Source: an uncultured Verrucomicrobiae bacterium (lineage in GTDB: Bacteria; Verrucomicrobiota; Verrucomicrobiia; Limisphaerales; JAFGQR01). Taken from it: 43,960 bases of DNA. Below are positions 41,440 through 43,960 of this stretch, in pieces. The translations under genes were made by a program, and so were the position numbers. The notes below the pieces were generated by a model. It had not been told where the DNA came from. It saw nothing but the letters and a program-made list of their open reading frames with translations, and searched no databases. The stretch covers positions 1 through 43,960 of the forward strand of contig CAWBHS010000047.1 of NCBI GenBank assembly GCA_963788655.1, written 5' to 3'. Positions within the stretch are counted from its first letter, which is position 1. Each line of letters begins with the position of its first letter.

Positions 41440-43839
41440 ATGAACGCAAATCGATTGGCTTTGGCGGCCGTTTTGGTGGCCGGGATCTTGAGCGGCATTT
41501 TGGCAGATCGAATGATACTGCCCCACGGCAATGGCCGGGCCGCCGGCGATAATTCTGCCAGCGCTTCGTCCGCGCCTCCCGCTATCGCGCAACGGTCGAT
41601 CCGCACAACGATTGCGCCGGCCACCGCCAGCGTTGCCCCCACCGATCCGGAGGCGGTCATTCGCGCCGCGCTCCGGGAACCGGATTATCAGGCCCGGTAT
41701 CAAGCCCTGATGCGCCTGGCCGACCAATTGGACTTCCGGTCCATCCCACAGGTGCTGGCGTTGGAGCGTCTGATTCCCAATGGCAGTTTGCGTTACAGTT
41801 TCCGTGGCCAATTGCTGACCCGGTGGGCCACGATGGATCCGACCGCCGCGCTCAAGCAGGTTGAGGCGTTGCCCGCCGGGGCGGATCGCAATCAGCAAAT
41901 TCAAGCGGTCCTCAAGGGGTGGGCGCAAGTAGATCTTGCCGGGGCGAATGCCTGGGTTCAACGACTGCCGGTCGGGAAGCTCCGCATGGATGCGTTGAAC
42001 ATAGTCGTTACCCAAATGGCGGAAAGCAACCCGCAGGTCGCGCTGGATTTCGTGCAAAAGACCAGCAACTCCGTCGAACAACTGTCGCTTTACCGCAACT
42101 TGTTTCGTGCCTGGGCTGCCACTGATCCAGCGACGGCCGCCGCCCGCGCGTTGCTGCTTCCCGCGGGAATCCGGCGTAACGAGGTACTGGAAACCGTCGC
42201 CGGGCAGTGGGCGGAAACCGATCCTGAAGCGGCGTGGGGCTGGATCAAGACGCTTCCCGAGGGCCAGGTCAAGCAACACGCCATCTCCCGTGTCGGCAGC
42301 ATGCTCGGGCAATCCAATCCCCAGGCCGCCATTGCGCTGGCCACGGCCTTGCCCAAAGGTTCGACCCAACGCCAGTTGTTGACCTCCATTGTCGGCACCT
42401 GGGCGAATCAGGATCTGAACGCCGCGCTGGCCTGGATTCAGCAGTTTCCCGATCGGGCGACGCGGGAGCAGATTTTGCAACGCGTCAGCTACCAATGGGC
42501 GCAGGACGATCCGCAGGCCGTCGTCCAGTATGCGATGAAGCAGCCGGCGGGCAAAGCCCGCGACGTCCTCCTGGCGACGGCGGCCGGCCAATGGGCAAGC
42601 CAGGATGTCAACGCCGCGCTGGCCTGGGTCCAAACGCTTCCGGCCAACAAGGGCCGCTTGGATGCCCTGCGCAATATTGTTTCCACCTGGGCCCGCTCCG
42701 ATCCGCAGGCCGCCATGGGTTACGTCCAAGCGTTGCCGCCGGGCCAGGCGAAAGTGACCGCCACACAAAACATTCTGTCGTCCCTGGCCTATTCCGATCC
42801 GCAGACCGTCGCCACCATGCTGCAAACGATTCCGCCCTCCGAAGCGAAGACCTACGTTTACAACACCGTCGCCGGCCAATTGGCCGCCAGCGACGTAACG
42901 GCCGCGCTGGAATGGTACCAAACCCTGCCCGCCGGCCCGGCGCAGCGCGAGGCCGCCCGGGGGATTGTCCGGCAATATGCGAATCAAGATCCGGCAGCGG
43001 CAGCGGACTTTGCTTTATCCATGCCCGCCGGGCAATCGCGCGATGAGTTGATCGGTTCCGTGGCTTCGCAATGGGCGAACAACGATTTCAGTAGCGCCGT
43101 GGACTGGATCAAAGAATTGCCGGACGGCCGCGGCAAACAAAACGCGTTAAACAGCATCAGCCATCAATGGGCCCAGAACGATCCCCGAAGTGCGGCCGCG
43201 TTTGCCGCCGATCTTCCTGCAGGCAACACCCGCAACAATTTTCTCAACACCGTGGCCAACCAGTGGGCGGCCAATGATCCTGCCGCCGCGGTGCGTTGGG
43301 CTAATTCATTAACGGACGAAACCATGCGCGATCAGGTCTATGCCAGCCTGAGTGCCGGTTGGGCGGAAGTGGCGCCGGACAAGGCGGCGGAATTCGTGTC
43401 AGCGCTGCCCCCGGGGGAGGTCCAGAAATCCGCCGTCCAACGGGTGGTCACTCAGTGGGCATCCGCTGACCCTCAGGCGGCCGCCCAATGGGCCTCATCC
43501 TTTCCGCAAGGCGAGACACAGGATAAGGCCTTGCGAACCGTTGCCGAGCGGTGGGGTAGTTACGATCCGAGTTCCGCGGCCGACTGGCTCGACAAACTTC
43601 CCGCGGGCACGGGTCGAGAATCGGCCGTGGTGGCGTTTGCCGATTCCATTGCCTACAACTATCCAGAAACTGCCATAAGCTGGCTGCAAAGCGTGAGTGA
43701 CGAAAAGACCCGCAACCGCCAACTTGAATCGGCGGCCCGGCGCTGGCTGGACAGCGATCCTGCCGCCGCCCGGCAATGGGTGCAACAGTCATCCTTGCCG
43801 GACACCGTGCGCCAACGGCTGCTGGATCGCTCGCCGTAA
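41440..43839 (+). CDS. Exported or membrane-anchored alpha-helical repeat protein (~21 x 32-aa W-A-x-x-D-P-x-A-A repeats)
   Basis: ATG at 41440, hydrophobic N-terminus, Ala/Pro/Ser linker, and periodic WAxxDPxAAxxWxxxLPxGxxR. The upstream extension of the ORF call lies in the tandem repeat. Confidence 0.85.
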   Translation: MNANRLALAAVLVAGILSGILADRMILPHGNGRAAGDNSASASSAPPAIAQRSIRTTIAPATASVAPTDPEAVIRAALREPDYQARYQALMRLADQLDFRSIPQVLALERLIPNGSLRYSFRGQLLTRWATMDPTAALKQVEALPAGADRNQQIQAVLKGWAQVDLAGANAWVQRLPVGKLRMDALNIVVTQMAESNPQVALDFVQKTSNSVEQLSLYRNLFRAWAATDPATAAARALLLPAGIRRNEVLETVAGQWAETDPEAAWGWIKTLPEGQVKQHAISRVGSMLGQSNPQAAIALATALPKGSTQRQLLTSIVGTWANQDLNAALAWIQQFPDRATREQILQRVSYQWAQDDPQAVVQYAMKQPAGKARDVLLATAAGQWASQDVNAALAWVQTLPANKGRLDALRNIVSTWARSDPQAAMGYVQALPPGQAKVTATQNILSSLAYSDPQTVATMLQTIPPSEAKTYVYNTVAGQLAASDVTAALEWYQTLPAGPAQREAARGIVRQYANQDPAAAADFALSMPAGQSRDELIGSVASQWANNDFSSAVDWIKELPDGRGKQNALNSISHQWAQNDPRSAAAFAADLPAGNTRNNFLNTVANQWAANDPAAAVRWANSLTDETMRDQVYASLSAGWAEVAPDKAAEFVSALPPGEVQKSAVQRVVTQWASADPQAAAQWASSFPQGETQDKALRTVAERWGSYDPSSAADWLDKLPAGTGRESAVVAFADSIAYNYPETAISWLQSVSDEKTRNRQLESAARRWLDSDPAAARQWVQQSSLPDTVRQRLLDRSP

Positions 43840-43960
43840 GGTCCCGGGCGAACAGTTCCGGGAACCGGCAGAAGTTGTTCGGATCGCCTGTGTAAGGCGT
43901 GGCAGTGAGCAGCAGGTTCAGCCAACCGGTTTGGTTATGGTTGACTCTGGAACCTGGTGC

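Noticed and set aside
2162..42987. Long antisense ORFs (e.g. 2162..3448, 4229..5431, 16847..18628, 27606..29126, 29455..31053, 35280..37466, 41380..42987)
   Set aside because: These are shadow frames of well-supported genes in high-GC DNA and carry no recognisable motifs.

Overview
GC-rich bacterial window. The protein families and repeat types suggest Verrucomicrobiota (Pedosphaerales/Limisphaerales-like); this is an inference. Several conserved genes (lon, shc, a GH36-like hydrolase, a DUF362 gene, a giant surface-protein gene) are broken by single-base indels that look like long-read consensus errors. The left end (1-1912) is a decayed integron: three minus-strand cassettes with attC sites, an attI candidate, a duplicated palindrome and a deleted, truncated intI remnant. 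Next come a tripartite RND efflux operon whose OMF and MFP read as one frame through a REP-filled linker, a methyltransferase and thioesterase, hsp20-lon-LolA-like, and SulP. A ~3,300-aa secreted multidomain protein with five copies of an unrecognised ~190-aa module is divergent from DUF4956-HlyD. The right part holds a beta-CASP MBL hydrolase, DUF2905, DUF362/ferredoxin plus MFS, a GH36-like hydrolase plus rhaM, squalene-hopene cyclase, a 3x158-bp palindromic tandem repeat and a 32-aa helical-repeat protein. Intergenic regions are dense in several REP/MITE-like families. No rRNA, tRNA or CRISPR array was recognised.
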